Origin: a virus
Taxonomy: Duplodnaviria; Caudoviricetes
Length of the DNA: 33,053 bases
Reading direction: 5' to 3' (one strand)
Virus record (IMG/VR): IMGVR_UViG_3300037851_000900
Coordinates: 1-33,053 of that record
Both the position numbers and the translations under genes were made by a program. The notes under the pieces are model-generated. The model made no database searches. It worked only from the letters and a program-made list of their open reading frames with translations, and had not been told where the DNA came from. Positions within the stretch are counted from its first letter, which is position 1, and every line of letters begins with the position of its first letter. Shown piece after piece: positions 8,382-18,345 of this stretch.

Positions 8382-10082
8382 ATGAAAAAATACATTGACA
8401 TTGCCGCCGCCGTAGCCGCCGCACTGACATGCATGCATGCTGACGCCACACTCGTGCGCATCCCGCCCCTCGCCGAGGCAAAAACTAGCGTGCGCCTTGT
8501 TTATCAGGACGATCAAACCGCACAGGTAATTGGTTTCGAGGGCGAGGAATGGGCAACCAGTTATTTCGGTTTCGATATCACCCAGGCCCAACAGATAGAG
8601 CTAACGCCGACGGCGCAGATCGCCACCACCGACGGTCGGCCAACCTGTTATCTAATTAATACCATCGCCAGCGGTGGGCGCGGTTGGTCCTATTGTGTCC
8701 AGATACCTGACAGTACCCAGGTTCTGGAACTCGTGGATTTGGTCGCGGCAACAGTTGGGATAGCGCCGGACGATATAACCGCCGGGCGTTTACTCCCTGA
8801 CCCTGACAACCTACCGGACGGGCGTTGGATAACTACATTGGCAGGCGATTGGGTTCTCACCGATGCCCCTCCAGGATCGGGGATTACCGATGCGCCGCTG
8901 ACTGGTGGTCCATACGGCCGCCAGGCCGGGGCCTGGGTCGAAGCTGTCGGTCCAGCGGGACCGCAGGGGCCGGCAGGGCCGCAGGGTCCCGCCGGGGCCG
9001 ACGGTGCTCAGGGTCCTGCCGGCCCGCAGGGTCCTACAGGCCCGCAGGGGCCAGCAGGAGCGGATGGCGCGCAGGGACCAATAGGACCGCAAGGCCCTAC
9101 AGGCGCCGACGGTGCCCAAGGCCCTACAGGCCCGCAGGGACCGGCCGGCCCTAGCACCCCTTCGAGCGATCCAGGCCAGGTGCTGACGACTGGCACTGAC
9201 GGTCTGCTCTATTACGGAGGCGGATCCGGCGGCCATGACCCGGTTACGCTGTCCGGCACCCCCGACTATCTCAGCCTCGCCGGACAGCAGATCACCCTAG
9301 GGGCTATCGATCTGGCAACAGATATCACGGGCAATCTGCCCGTCACGCGGTTGAACTCCGGCACGAATGCCAACGCTACGACCTACTGGCGCGGGGATGG
9401 CACATGGGCGACACCGGCCGGCGGTACCGTCGGGGCTAATGAGCAAATATTAGAGCAGCACGAATTCCTCGACACGAACGATTACGACGTATTCGGTGTG
9501 GGTACAGGAACTGGGGGATCGGTAACGTTCAAAAATTCGGCGGCTGGCCATCCCGGATTTGTCAATATCAGTACTGGCGGAGGTAGTTCCAATTCAAACG
9601 GGATACAGCGCGGTACCACAACGCCACTGACCGCAACCGGTCAGATAAAAATAGGCGGAGGTTCTCTGACATTCGAGGCCCTGATTAATATCAATTCGCT
9701 ATTCACTGGCGGCGATACTGGCTACGTCCGTATCGGATTTATGGACGAGATATCCGGGGCGCCGGGTAGCGGCGTTCATCTGCAATACGAGGATTCAGTC
9801 TCGGCTTGGAGGCTAGCGGCGCGCAATTCAGGAAGCTCGTCATTCGTGACCGGCCCAACGACCGTGACCACCGGTTGGCACCACGTCAAAATCGTGGTCT
9901 ATAGCAGTTCGAGCGCGAAATTGTGGGTCGATGGGATAGAACAGGGCGAGGTGACGACAAACCTACCGACTGGCGGTTTTACCTATGGCGCTCAGACCCA
10001 GAAAACGGCGGGGACCACGGCCGTTTCCATTGACGTGGATTGGATGCAGTTTGGGCAGAATTTCTCGCCGGCACGTTGGTAG
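8382..10082 (+). CDS. Collagen-like repeat protein with signal-peptide-like N-terminus and beta-sandwich (ConA/LamG-like) C-terminus
   Basis: 23 contiguous G-X-Y triplets. The C-terminal GWHHVKIV...LWVDG...VDWMQF is ConA-like. The likely start [22 protein letters not shown] is at 8382 (ORF open from 8322). Confidence 0.75.
   Translation: MKKYIDIAAAVAAALTCMHADATLVRIPPLAEAKTSVRLVYQDDQTAQVIGFEGEEWATSYFGFDITQAQQIELTPTAQIATTDGRPTCYLINTIASGGRGWSYCVQIPDSTQVLELVDLVAATVGIAPDDITAGRLLPDPDNLPDGRWITTLAGDWVLTDAPPGSGITDAPLTGGPYGRQAGAWVEAVGPAGPQGPAGPQGPAGADGAQGPAGPQGPTGPQGPAGADGAQGPIGPQGPTGADGAQGPTGPQGPAGPSTPSSDPGQVLTTGTDGLLYYGGGSGGHDPVTLSGTPDYLSLAGQQITLGAIDLATDITGNLPVTRLNSGTNANATTYWRGDGTWATPAGGTVGANEQILEQHEFLDTNDYDVFGVGTGTGGSVTFKNSAAGHPGFVNISTGGGSSNSNGIQRGTTTPLTATGQIKIGGGSLTFEALININSLFTGGDTGYVRIGFMDEISGAPGSGVHLQYEDSVSAWRLAARNSGSSSFVTGPTTVTTGWHHVKIVVYSSSSAKLWVDGIEQGEVTTNLPTGGFTYGAQTQKTAGTTAVSIDVDWMQFGQNFSPARW
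8949..9155 (+). repeat. Coding collagen G-X-Y tandem repeat
   Basis: [21 protein letters not shown]... through GPS, 23 triplets. Confidence 0.95.
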
Positions 10083-10106
10083 TTAGGCGGCGGGGTAATC
10101 GAATTT

Positions 10107-10547
10107 ATGAATTTGCTAGCATTGGAGGGACTGATTGTTGAACGCCTCCGAGCACGTTTACCGGCAGATATTCTGGTGCTCGCGGCAGCATCGGTCGATG
10201 AGGCAATAACTGCTGGGAGTTCGCACCCTAGCGCTGCCGTATACGTGTTCTATGCGGGTGGGAACGTCAGTGAGTCGAGCGCTAATGGTCGAACTGCGAT
10301 CATTACACAGGAATGGTCGGTTCTCGTTGTTGCCCGCAATATGCAGGAGCAGCGATCGGGGGCGATCGCACGCGCCAGCGCTGGCGCGCTCGCCGATCAG
10401 GTTCTGGATGCCCTGATGGGCTGGAGGCCGGAGGGGGCGGGCGCCTTGGCGCTCTCGGCGCTGCCCGACCCGGGATACATCACGGGCTACCAGTGGGTGC
10501 CCCTGCAGTTTTCCACGACGCTAATGCGCAGTGTGAGTAATCAATAA
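10107..10547 (+). CDS. Mu gp37-like tail terminator/completion protein
   Basis: LEGLIVERLR...QEWSVLVVARN...VLDALMGWRP. Lies immediately upstream of the tail tube gene. Confidence 0.75.
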   Translation: MNLLALEGLIVERLRARLPADILVLAAASVDEAITAGSSHPSAAVYVFYAGGNVSESSANGRTAIITQEWSVLVVARNMQEQRSGAIARASAGALADQVLDALMGWRPEGAGALALSALPDPGYITGYQWVPLQFSTTLMRSVSNQ

Positions 10548-10565
10548 TATTTACCGGAGATAGCA

Positions 10566-11354
10566 ATGGCTATTGAAACAGCGACTACGATCAAAATATT
10601 CACACAATTCGAGGGCAGGATCGGGATCTGGTCGGGCCTGACCCCACCAACCAGCTATTCGGATTTCGTGAACTTCGAATCTATCAAAATTACCGCGCCG
10701 GAACAGGAGGTCAAAAAATTGATCTCGCGTATGACTAGCACTGCGGGGACGGCGCTGGATAGCCAAAATGTCGCTACCGACAAGGTTGCCACAGTTGAAA
10801 TCGAATCGAGCACATTCACACCGGGCATGCTGGAAATGATGCTCGGGGCGACCGTCTCTGAGGTGGTGCAAACCTCCGGCGCAGTGACCGACGAGGCCAT
10901 TACCACACAACTCAACGTCTGGGTACCGCTGGCCAATCAGGGAATTGAGGCGAGCGGGATCGATCTGGAAATCCCGGACAACACCAACGTCTCCAGCGAC
11001 AAGTTCCAGATCGACCTAGAACTCGGGCTGTTGAAAGCCATTCATGCCGACGCTGTTGGGACTGGCGTGATCAGCTATACCAAACGCGGTCAGACCATCG
11101 AACAGTATGCCGCAGGCCTGGCCAAGACCACCTATGTGCATCTGACCGGGCAGGCGACCGAGAAAGTTACAGGGTTGATAGGGCCGGTAGATATTTGGCG
11201 CGCCTCGCTAGCGAGCGCCGGGGCATTCGATCCGGTCGCCGCCGGCGGTGAGTACCTGAAGGGCGTGCTCAAGGGCGACTTGATCACGCCCTCGGTGGCG
11301 ATCCGCGGGGCGATCCCTACCTCGCCCTGGCGTTGGGGCCGGCGCACCGCCTGA
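10566..11354 (+). CDS. Major tail tube protein (non-contractile tail)
   Basis: GGAG RBS. 262-aa beta-rich protein between the terminator and the tape measure. No sheath gene is present. Confidence 0.7.
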   Translation: MAIETATTIKIFTQFEGRIGIWSGLTPPTSYSDFVNFESIKITAPEQEVKKLISRMTSTAGTALDSQNVATDKVATVEIESSTFTPGMLEMMLGATVSEVVQTSGAVTDEAITTQLNVWVPLANQGIEASGIDLEIPDNTNVSSDKFQIDLELGLLKAIHADAVGTGVISYTKRGQTIEQYAAGLAKTTYVHLTGQATEKVTGLIGPVDIWRASLASAGAFDPVAAGGEYLKGVLKGDLITPSVAIRGAIPTSPWRWGRRTA

Positions 11355-11367
11355 CGGGTAGTCGGGT

Positions 11368-11790
11368 GTGGCGCTGACCATCGGTAACGAGGTCACGATC
11401 CTCGCCCTCCCGGATGGCCTCATCTGGGAGGACGAACTGGCCTGGGATACGGTTGTTCAGGCCACTACACATAGCCTGGACGGGGCGCTGGTCATCGAGG
11501 AATGGACGCGCCTCGCCGGGCGGCCGATCACCCTCGCCGGAGGGGAGCGGTGGGCCTGGATCGCGCGCTCCGATCTGCTGGCGCTGCAGGCCCTGGGGGC
11601 GCCGGCCGGCGCAGTATTGACCCTGACCCTACACGATGCGCGCGCGTTCACCGTGACCCCGCGCCGCGACGAGGAGGGGTGGCTGGTCGTGCGTCCGCTT
11701 CCCGTGGTCCTCGACTCGGGGCCGGCCGATCCGAGCGGCGCCACCCGTTACCAGCTCGAGCGGATACGTCTCCTGCAGACGCCGCCGTGA
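11368..11790 (+). CDS. Tail protein (distal-tail-like)
   Basis: LPDGLIWEDELAW...SLDGALVIEE...GRPITL...LTLTLHDAR motif set, seen in tail-tip genes of proteobacterial siphoviruses. GTG start. Confidence 0.65.
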   Translation: MALTIGNEVTILALPDGLIWEDELAWDTVVQATTHSLDGALVIEEWTRLAGRPITLAGGERWAWIARSDLLALQALGAPAGAVLTLTLHDARAFTVTPRRDEEGWLVVRPLPVVLDSGPADPSGATRYQLERIRLLQTPP

Positions 11791-11802
11791 TCGTGGTGTA
11801 GC

Positions 11803-14800
11803 GTGGCCGCTAGTAAAGATCTTGCCCTGCGCCTCCTGATATCCGCCCGCGACACGGCGAGCGGGGTGCTGCACGCCATCACCGGGCGGGTGGCGCAGTT
11901 CGGGGCGGCGATCGCCGCCTTCATGGGCGCGCGATCCCTGGCGAGCTATCTCGCCGATGCGGTCGGAGCTGCCGCCGATCTGCAACAACAGCTCACGGTG
12001 CTGGCGCAGGTATCTGGGGCCAACAGTGAGGAGCTCGCCAAATTGGCACAGGCGGCCGAGGACGTCGCCGCCTCACCACTGCCCTATACCGCTGCCCAAG
12101 CGGCGGCGGCCGAGATTGAGCTGGCCAAGGCCGGGCTGTCGGCACAGTCGGTCATCGCCGCCCTGGCGCCGACCATGTCCCTGGCGAGCGCTGCCCAGAT
12201 GCAAGTCGGGGAGGCGGCAGGGGTCGTCACCCGGGCGCTAGCCGGCTTCGGCCTGGCGGCCGATCAGGCCGGGCGCGTCGCCGATACCCTGGCGGCGGGC
12301 GCCAATGCCTCCAATACCAGCGTGCAGGGCCTGGCCGAGGCCCTGAGCTATGCCGCCCCGGCGGCCAAGGCCGCCGGCTATTCCCTGGAGCAGGTGACGG
12401 CGATGATCGGGGTGCTGGCCGATCGCGGGATCGATGCCTCGCGCGCCGGCACGGCGATCAATAGCATCCTCTCCCAGATGCAAGATCCGGCATCGCAGGC
12501 CGCAATGGCCTTGCGCGATGCGGGGGCCAGTACCAGCGATTTGGCCGCAATGCTCGATCGCCTGGAGGACGGTGGGGCCGCGGCCGAACGGGCGATCAAT
12601 GCATTCGGCCTGGAGGCCGGGCCGGCGTTGCGCGCCTTACTCTCTGCGGGGGCGGATGGATTGGCGGAGCTCCAGCAGCGGCTGGAGGGCTCGCGGGGCG
12701 CGGCCACGGCGGCCGCGGAGGCGATACAGGATAACCTGCGTGGAGCGCTCGACGGGCTCGGCAGCCTGTGGGAGACGATCAAGACCCGCCTCGGCGCGGG
12801 CCTCCTGGGGCCACTGGGGCGCGAGATACGCCATATCTCCGAGCGCCTGGGGGAATGGATCGCGAGCGGGCAGCTCGAGCGCCTGCGCGATAGCCTGGTT
12901 ACGACCTTCGAATCGGCCGCGACGGCGGTGCGCCGCTGGACCGGGGATTTCGATCTGACGGCGCTCGGGAGGCGCATCGAAGAATGGGCCACCAGCATCG
13001 GCGCCACCTTCGACGCCTGGAGCGATCGGGCCAGTGTCGCTTTCGAGCGCGTAAGTCGCGGCATCCTAGCGGTTGGCGATATATTTCGGCGGGTCGGGGC
13101 AGGCATCGAGGCGGTCTGGGGTACGGTCATGGCCCCTATCAACCTCGCTGCCGCCGGGTTGGCCGGATTGTCCAGTGGGTTCGTAAGCGCCTCGGCCTAT
13201 ATAGCGAGGGGGGCTGCGTCCGTAGGCATTGCCAGTCGGGGGGCGGCCGATTCGTTATTGGCCATGACAGATTCGCTGGGCTCTACGGCGCGGCAGAATC
13301 TGACGGCTGCGGCCGGGCGCTTTGATCAGGTCGTTGGCGCCCTGGGGCGGATGGTGGCGCCGGCCAAGGCGGCCGGGGAGGCGGCCGGTGCCGCTGCCCA
13401 AAAGGCCGCGGAGGCCGCTCAGGCCGACGAGTCATGGCGCCTGGACATGGAGCGGCTCAATAGTGAGCTGGCGCTGTCCGGGGTGCTGGTGACCGAGAAG
13501 ATGAACGCCACCGCCGCCGAGGCCGCGGCAACCCGGGATGCTGGCGCCGCCGCCGAGGCGGCTAGTGCACAACGCGCATCCGAGGCAGCCGCTATGCGCG
13601 ACCAGATAGCGGCCATGCAGGAGCAGACTGAAATTCGATCTAGCGAACTGGCCGCCGCCCAACGATCGGTTCAAATTACTATCGATGAGGGTGCGCACCG
13701 GGCAACCGTATTGACCAACCTCGCTGCGGAGGCACGCGCACGCAACGATCTGACAGCAGCGAGGGCGATCGATCTGCAGGCCGAGCGCGCGCAAATCGAT
13801 ACGGCTACGCAGGTAGCGGCCGCGACACAGACCCAGGCCGATGCCGCCCAGGAATATGCAGATACACTGGAGCGATTGGCCACAATATCGCAGGACAATA
13901 CGGCAACGACTGCCGCCAAAATCGCTGCAGCGCAGGACAGTGCAACCGCATTATCTCTGGCCGCGGCCGCCGCAGCGGAAGTCGCTCGTCATCAGCGCGC
14001 ATTAGCGGATGCTACCACTGACGCCGATAGGGCATTCACGACTCTCGGGATTACCAGTCAGCACAGCCTAGAAGCAATGGCGGACCAGGCGCGCGACGCA
14101 TATCAAACGATCAGAGACAGCGCCAACACAACAGAAAACGATCGTATTGCCGCGGTCCGCGCCTATGCACAGGCCGCAATTAAAAGCGCGGATGAGGTTC
14201 GGATTTCTGAGGCGGCTGTGGCGGCCCAGATTGAGGGCCAGACGGATCTCTATAGAGACCTTATCAGTAGCACCGATGAGGCGGCCGACCGCCTAGTGGA
14301 GGCGATGCGCAGGGCTGGGATCGAGGGTGTCGATTCTATGGAATCCCTGCGCAGTGCGATCGCCGCTGCCAGTACGGCCCCAGAGTTACAGGAATTGGCC
14401 AATGGGTTGCGCGCCGCTATCGGCGCCGGCGTGGACAAGGCGGCCGAGTTATCATCCGAACTGGACACTGTCAACAAAAAAATCAAGGACATAGGTTCAA
14501 ACAAAAAATACACGTATCTGCTAGAACCGCAACGTTTAGCAGAACAATTCAGAGATTACCCGCAACGCGACAGGCTTCGCGCGCTAGAGGAATATCTACG
14601 CGCATGGCAGGATGGGAAAATTCTGCGCGGGCAGATCGAGGCTGTGGAGCGGATCTGGGCGGAGGATAAACAATCGCAGCGCGATGAGGATAGGCGGTCT
14701 GTCACCGTGCGATTCGAATTCCCAGGGCGGCCTACTGTGACTGCGCAGGTTCCTGCGACCCAGGAACAGGATTTGTTATCGGGGTTAGAACAGATATCTA

Positions 14801-14814
14801 ACGCCTCGAGGTAA
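11803..14814 (+). CDS. Tail tape measure protein (TP901-like core)
   Basis: 1003 aa, Ala-rich and helical. Core motifs ADTLAAGANASNTSVQGLAEALSYAAP, GIDASRAGTA and DNLRGAL. Confidence 0.92.
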   Translation: MAASKDLALRLLISARDTASGVLHAITGRVAQFGAAIAAFMGARSLASYLADAVGAAADLQQQLTVLAQVSGANSEELAKLAQAAEDVAASPLPYTAAQAAAAEIELAKAGLSAQSVIAALAPTMSLASAAQMQVGEAAGVVTRALAGFGLAADQAGRVADTLAAGANASNTSVQGLAEALSYAAPAAKAAGYSLEQVTAMIGVLADRGIDASRAGTAINSILSQMQDPASQAAMALRDAGASTSDLAAMLDRLEDGGAAAERAINAFGLEAGPALRALLSAGADGLAELQQRLEGSRGAATAAAEAIQDNLRGALDGLGSLWETIKTRLGAGLLGPLGREIRHISERLGEWIASGQLERLRDSLVTTFESAATAVRRWTGDFDLTALGRRIEEWATSIGATFDAWSDRASVAFERVSRGILAVGDIFRRVGAGIEAVWGTVMAPINLAAAGLAGLSSGFVSASAYIARGAASVGIASRGAADSLLAMTDSLGSTARQNLTAAAGRFDQVVGALGRMVAPAKAAGEAAGAAAQKAAEAAQADESWRLDMERLNSELALSGVLVTEKMNATAAEAAATRDAGAAAEAASAQRASEAAAMRDQIAAMQEQTEIRSSELAAAQRSVQITIDEGAHRATVLTNLAAEARARNDLTAARAIDLQAERAQIDTATQVAAATQTQADAAQEYADTLERLATISQDNTATTAAKIAAAQDSATALSLAAAAAAEVARHQRALADATTDADRAFTTLGITSQHSLEAMADQARDAYQTIRDSANTTENDRIAAVRAYAQAAIKSADEVRISEAAVAAQIEGQTDLYRDLISSTDEAADRLVEAMRRAGIEGVDSMESLRSAIAAASTAPELQELANGLRAAIGAGVDKAAELSSELDTVNKKIKDIGSNKKYTYLLEPQRLAEQFRDYPQRDRLRALEEYLRAWQDGKILRGQIEAVERIWAEDKQSQRDEDRRSVTVRFEFPGRPTVTAQVPATQEQDLLSGLEQISNASR

Positions 14815-14817
14815 TAT

Positions 14818-17800
14818 ATGCCGATTTATTCATCTAATATCCGCACCCGTCAGGCGGCTGTTTCCGGTCAATACGCGGAATCGGGCGGCCGCATCCATCC
14901 TACAGAGTATGTTGTCCATAACGAGGTTGGCAATCTGTTGCCAAAACTCACGGAATTGGATCACGCTGGCGGACGGGTCGATCTGTGTAAATGTTTCCTC
15001 TCGATTGAGACCGATAGCGACGAACAGGCGGATGACTGCTACACCTACCTGGATCAGACACCGGCCGACCCATTGGTTGACTGCGTCCTACTACGTCCTG
15101 CGCCAATCGGCGATCGATCTGGACATGTCGACGAACGGCAGGACACTCAATCGTTTATTGAGGCGTATCAGATTCAAGGGGGGCTCGCGCCATGGTATTT
15201 GCGCGGGCTGCATGTTGTTGGCATGCGCACAATTACCCTGTGGTCTAGAGAGGATGTACGGCTGCCGCAGGCCGGGCAGACGCTCTATCTGGTGGCCAAT
15301 GAGGGCGAATCTGGCGAATACGGTCAATACGTCCAAATTGCATCGTTCACGCATGAAACCCAAACATTTTCATTCTCAGAATCTGGAGGATGCTCCCTAA
15401 TTAGGCGGCGTTTGATTTCCTGCAGCCTGACCAGTGCTCTCGGTTATGAGTTCATCGGGCCGGAGGTTGCGTGTACAGATCCCAGCCCACAATCGATAGA
15501 TGTTTTGATACGAGAGGTTGTTGTAGCCGATGCCAGTCGTTATTACGGATGCAGAAATCTCAGCGTTGCCGCCTCGAGTGGGTCAACTACTGTGCATCTG
15601 GCCAATATATATGGCCAGATCGTGCCTAGTGCACGCGGTGAGGTACCGTTAACTAGCGTTCCTGCTCTCTCTGTTGGGACGCAGGAAATAACGTCAGGCA
15701 ATGAGACATTTACAGTTAATGGGCCGGTACATACGCAACGCACAACGATCACCGCTGTAACTCGTGCCAATAATTACACGCGCACACTGCTACCGATTCC
15801 AGCAACAGGCGGGTTAGTTCGTGTACATGTGCGTATTCTCGATCACTGGTACACAGTGGTTGAGGGTGAATCCAATAGCGTCGGTACGATTACATGCAAT
15901 CGGCTATCTGGTGCGACACTGCTGAGCCTATCGGCACTACCTGACGCGGATACATTGTTGCTATGGGAATGGCCATCGGCTATACATTTCACCGATCGCG
16001 TTGGAACGACGCAAATCAGTCCTATTACGATTGTTTCAGATCTGCCAGGCCAACCGGAAATTGGGACATTAACTCTCGGTTGGATTAGTGCAGGAACGTC
16101 GCGAACCGCATCCGAATCCACATTGGGATCGATCGGCGGTAATTGCACTGGATCGCGTGTTGGATCCAGGGTCATTCTGCAATTCGCGGGCGGCAATATC
16201 CCAGATGGCGGCACCCAGATTACGTACAACTACCAACCGTTAGAAACGGTTGTCGAGACAATTACACCCCAACTGGCGAACCACAACGCCACATTTACTC
16301 TCTCGCAATCGCCGCGTCCTGGATCGGTGCAGGCTACATGGAATGTAACGCGGAATCAGGCTGTCGATTCGAAAAACCAATCGACAACATCTATATTTTA
16401 TATGCCGGGGAGCAGCGGAGAGGGAGGGAGTAGTATTGAGCATCCGGGTTATAAGACATCATCCACTGAACAGGGCACTAAAAGCTCTGAAACGATCACT
16501 AAAATCGCGAATGACGATGGCGCGGGGCACATCGCGTTAACCGGCACCGTCAATTACACGACAGGCGCATGCCTATTGCCAGTAGAGGAACAATACCAGG
16601 CCTCCTCCTATAACATCGTCTCCGAACAGATTGGGGACGACGTGGTTGAAAGCGGAAGTTGGTCGAGCAACAGTCAAACCGAGTATTTTTATCCGCCGAT
16701 CAGTGTGCGGTATGCACTGGCGGCCACGGTGCCTGGGTCGCAAATAAATGGCGCAATAGCCACTCCTCCTCTGGAGATTCAGTTTCTACAGGAGGTACAG
16801 GACCATATTATTCCGGGTACCGTTAGATTTTCTATTGGATCGGTGAAATATTCAGATCGTGATGGCACTGGCGGCGTTCTCTATTTGGAAAACGGGACAA
16901 TAGTTGGGTCATTCGATTACCTACGGAAAACAGCGGTATTGACGTACTGGACCAGCGCGGTGTCTGTAACCGTGCAATCGATGTTGTCCACATACGGACA
17001 ATTTTCGCTGACACAGGCCAATTATCGAACATCGACCGCGCCATTGGTCCCGGCCTCGTTCGAGGCGACTGCGACGCAGGAGGACGGTGGGTTAGTAGTG
17101 GCGACCGGCAATCTCGACGGTTCATTGACCGGAGATGGCGTAACATCAGGGACGATCGATCACGATCTCGGAATTGTGACAGTCACATTCGATGAGCCGG
17201 TTTATCCAGGCACGATCAAATACAGCGCAGTTGCGTACACTCTAATCCCATTAGACCCATCGATTATCGGTATCGATCCAGTACGACTGCCGCCGGATGG
17301 GCGCGTGCCTATTATACGTACCGGGGATTATGCAGTTGTATTTGAGGATGGCGTGACGACCCTACCGACTGCCGTCGGTGGCGCCACTGTGGCAATGCCT
17401 GAAAATCATTTAGCGCATGTGATATTGGAAGACAGCATCGGGGAGCAGACCTATATCCTGGATAGCGGCGTCCTTCCCGACGATACAGTGCAGATACCCA
17501 CCAACGGGAGGTTGGGGCCTCTCGAATACTGCGTGCTAGAGGATAGTTATGGACGGCCGCTAGATGGGAGTCTATATGACGCAGATCTAAACGCATGGAC
17601 AATCCATTTCTCTGCAACATACAGCGCAGAGGGCCTCGTCGAGCCCTATACAGTCAGATATTTGGCGCTAGTAGATCCCGATTCATATCGCGTCGATCTG
17701 AGCGATGGAACGATCACATGGTCAGATCCGATTGACCTAACCGGTTATACACAGCCAATTAAAGCGAATTGGCGGAAACATGACATTAGCCTAGTCGCTG

Positions 17801-18345
17801 AGGCGCAGACTACAGGAACTGTGCAGTTATTGTCATCGCTGCTACATTCGTACAGCACAGCGGCAAAAATATCGGCATTGCTCGTGCATGGCGATCTAGT
17901 GGCGCGTGTGCAGAATGCATTTGTCGAAAACTCAACGCCTACAAACTGGGCCGACTATCAGCAAACGGGCGCGCCATCCGGCGGCGCCTCATACGATTTC
18001 ACAGGGTATCCTATTCAGGTGTTCAATTCAGGGGCAATACGCCAACGTTGGCGCATTAAACGCAGATCCGATGGGCAGTGGGACGTAATCGGCGAGTATC
18101 TGGGCGTAATCGTAACATGGCCAGGAACATCGACGCTGGAGGCACGTTCGACGCCATCGCAGGTGCGGCCCTATTTCACTCTATACAGTGGTGGGTTAGG
18201 TTCCGGATGGGCGACAGGCAATATTATCCAGTTTGAGACGCTGGCGGCGCACGGTCCAATATGGGTTCTGCGCTCGGTGCGACCGGGGCAACCAACAGTT
18301 GCGCAGGATTCTATACGGGTATGCCATAGAGTAGGAGTCGATTGA
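14818..18345 (+). CDS. Large tail-tip/baseplate structural protein
   Basis: 1175 aa, Thr/Ser/Gly-rich and beta-rich, directly after the tape measure. Motifs ELDHAGGRVDLCKCF and IIGIDPVRLPPDGRVPI. Confidence 0.75.
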   Translation: MPIYSSNIRTRQAAVSGQYAESGGRIHPTEYVVHNEVGNLLPKLTELDHAGGRVDLCKCFLSIETDSDEQADDCYTYLDQTPADPLVDCVLLRPAPIGDRSGHVDERQDTQSFIEAYQIQGGLAPWYLRGLHVVGMRTITLWSREDVRLPQAGQTLYLVANEGESGEYGQYVQIASFTHETQTFSFSESGGCSLIRRRLISCSLTSALGYEFIGPEVACTDPSPQSIDVLIREVVVADASRYYGCRNLSVAASSGSTTVHLANIYGQIVPSARGEVPLTSVPALSVGTQEITSGNETFTVNGPVHTQRTTITAVTRANNYTRTLLPIPATGGLVRVHVRILDHWYTVVEGESNSVGTITCNRLSGATLLSLSALPDADTLLLWEWPSAIHFTDRVGTTQISPITIVSDLPGQPEIGTLTLGWISAGTSRTASESTLGSIGGNCTGSRVGSRVILQFAGGNIPDGGTQITYNYQPLETVVETITPQLANHNATFTLSQSPRPGSVQATWNVTRNQAVDSKNQSTTSIFYMPGSSGEGGSSIEHPGYKTSSTEQGTKSSETITKIANDDGAGHIALTGTVNYTTGACLLPVEEQYQASSYNIVSEQIGDDVVESGSWSSNSQTEYFYPPISVRYALAATVPGSQINGAIATPPLEIQFLQEVQDHIIPGTVRFSIGSVKYSDRDGTGGVLYLENGTIVGSFDYLRKTAVLTYWTSAVSVTVQSMLSTYGQFSLTQANYRTSTAPLVPASFEATATQEDGGLVVATGNLDGSLTGDGVTSGTIDHDLGIVTVTFDEPVYPGTIKYSAVAYTLIPLDPSIIGIDPVRLPPDGRVPIIRTGDYAVVFEDGVTTLPTAVGGATVAMPENHLAHVILEDSIGEQTYILDSGVLPDDTVQIPTNGRLGPLEYCVLEDSYGRPLDGSLYDADLNAWTIHFSATYSAEGLVEPYTVRYLALVDPDSYRVDLSDGTITWSDPIDLTGYTQPIKANWRKHDISLVAEAQTTGTVQLLSSLLHSYSTAAKISALLVHGDLVARVQNAFVENSTPTNWADYQQTGAPSGGASYDFTGYPIQVFNSGAIRQRWRIKRRSDGQWDVIGEYLGVIVTWPGTSTLEARSTPSQVRPYFTLYSGGLGSGWATGNIIQFETLAAHGPIWVLRSVRPGQPTVAQDSIRVCHRVGVD

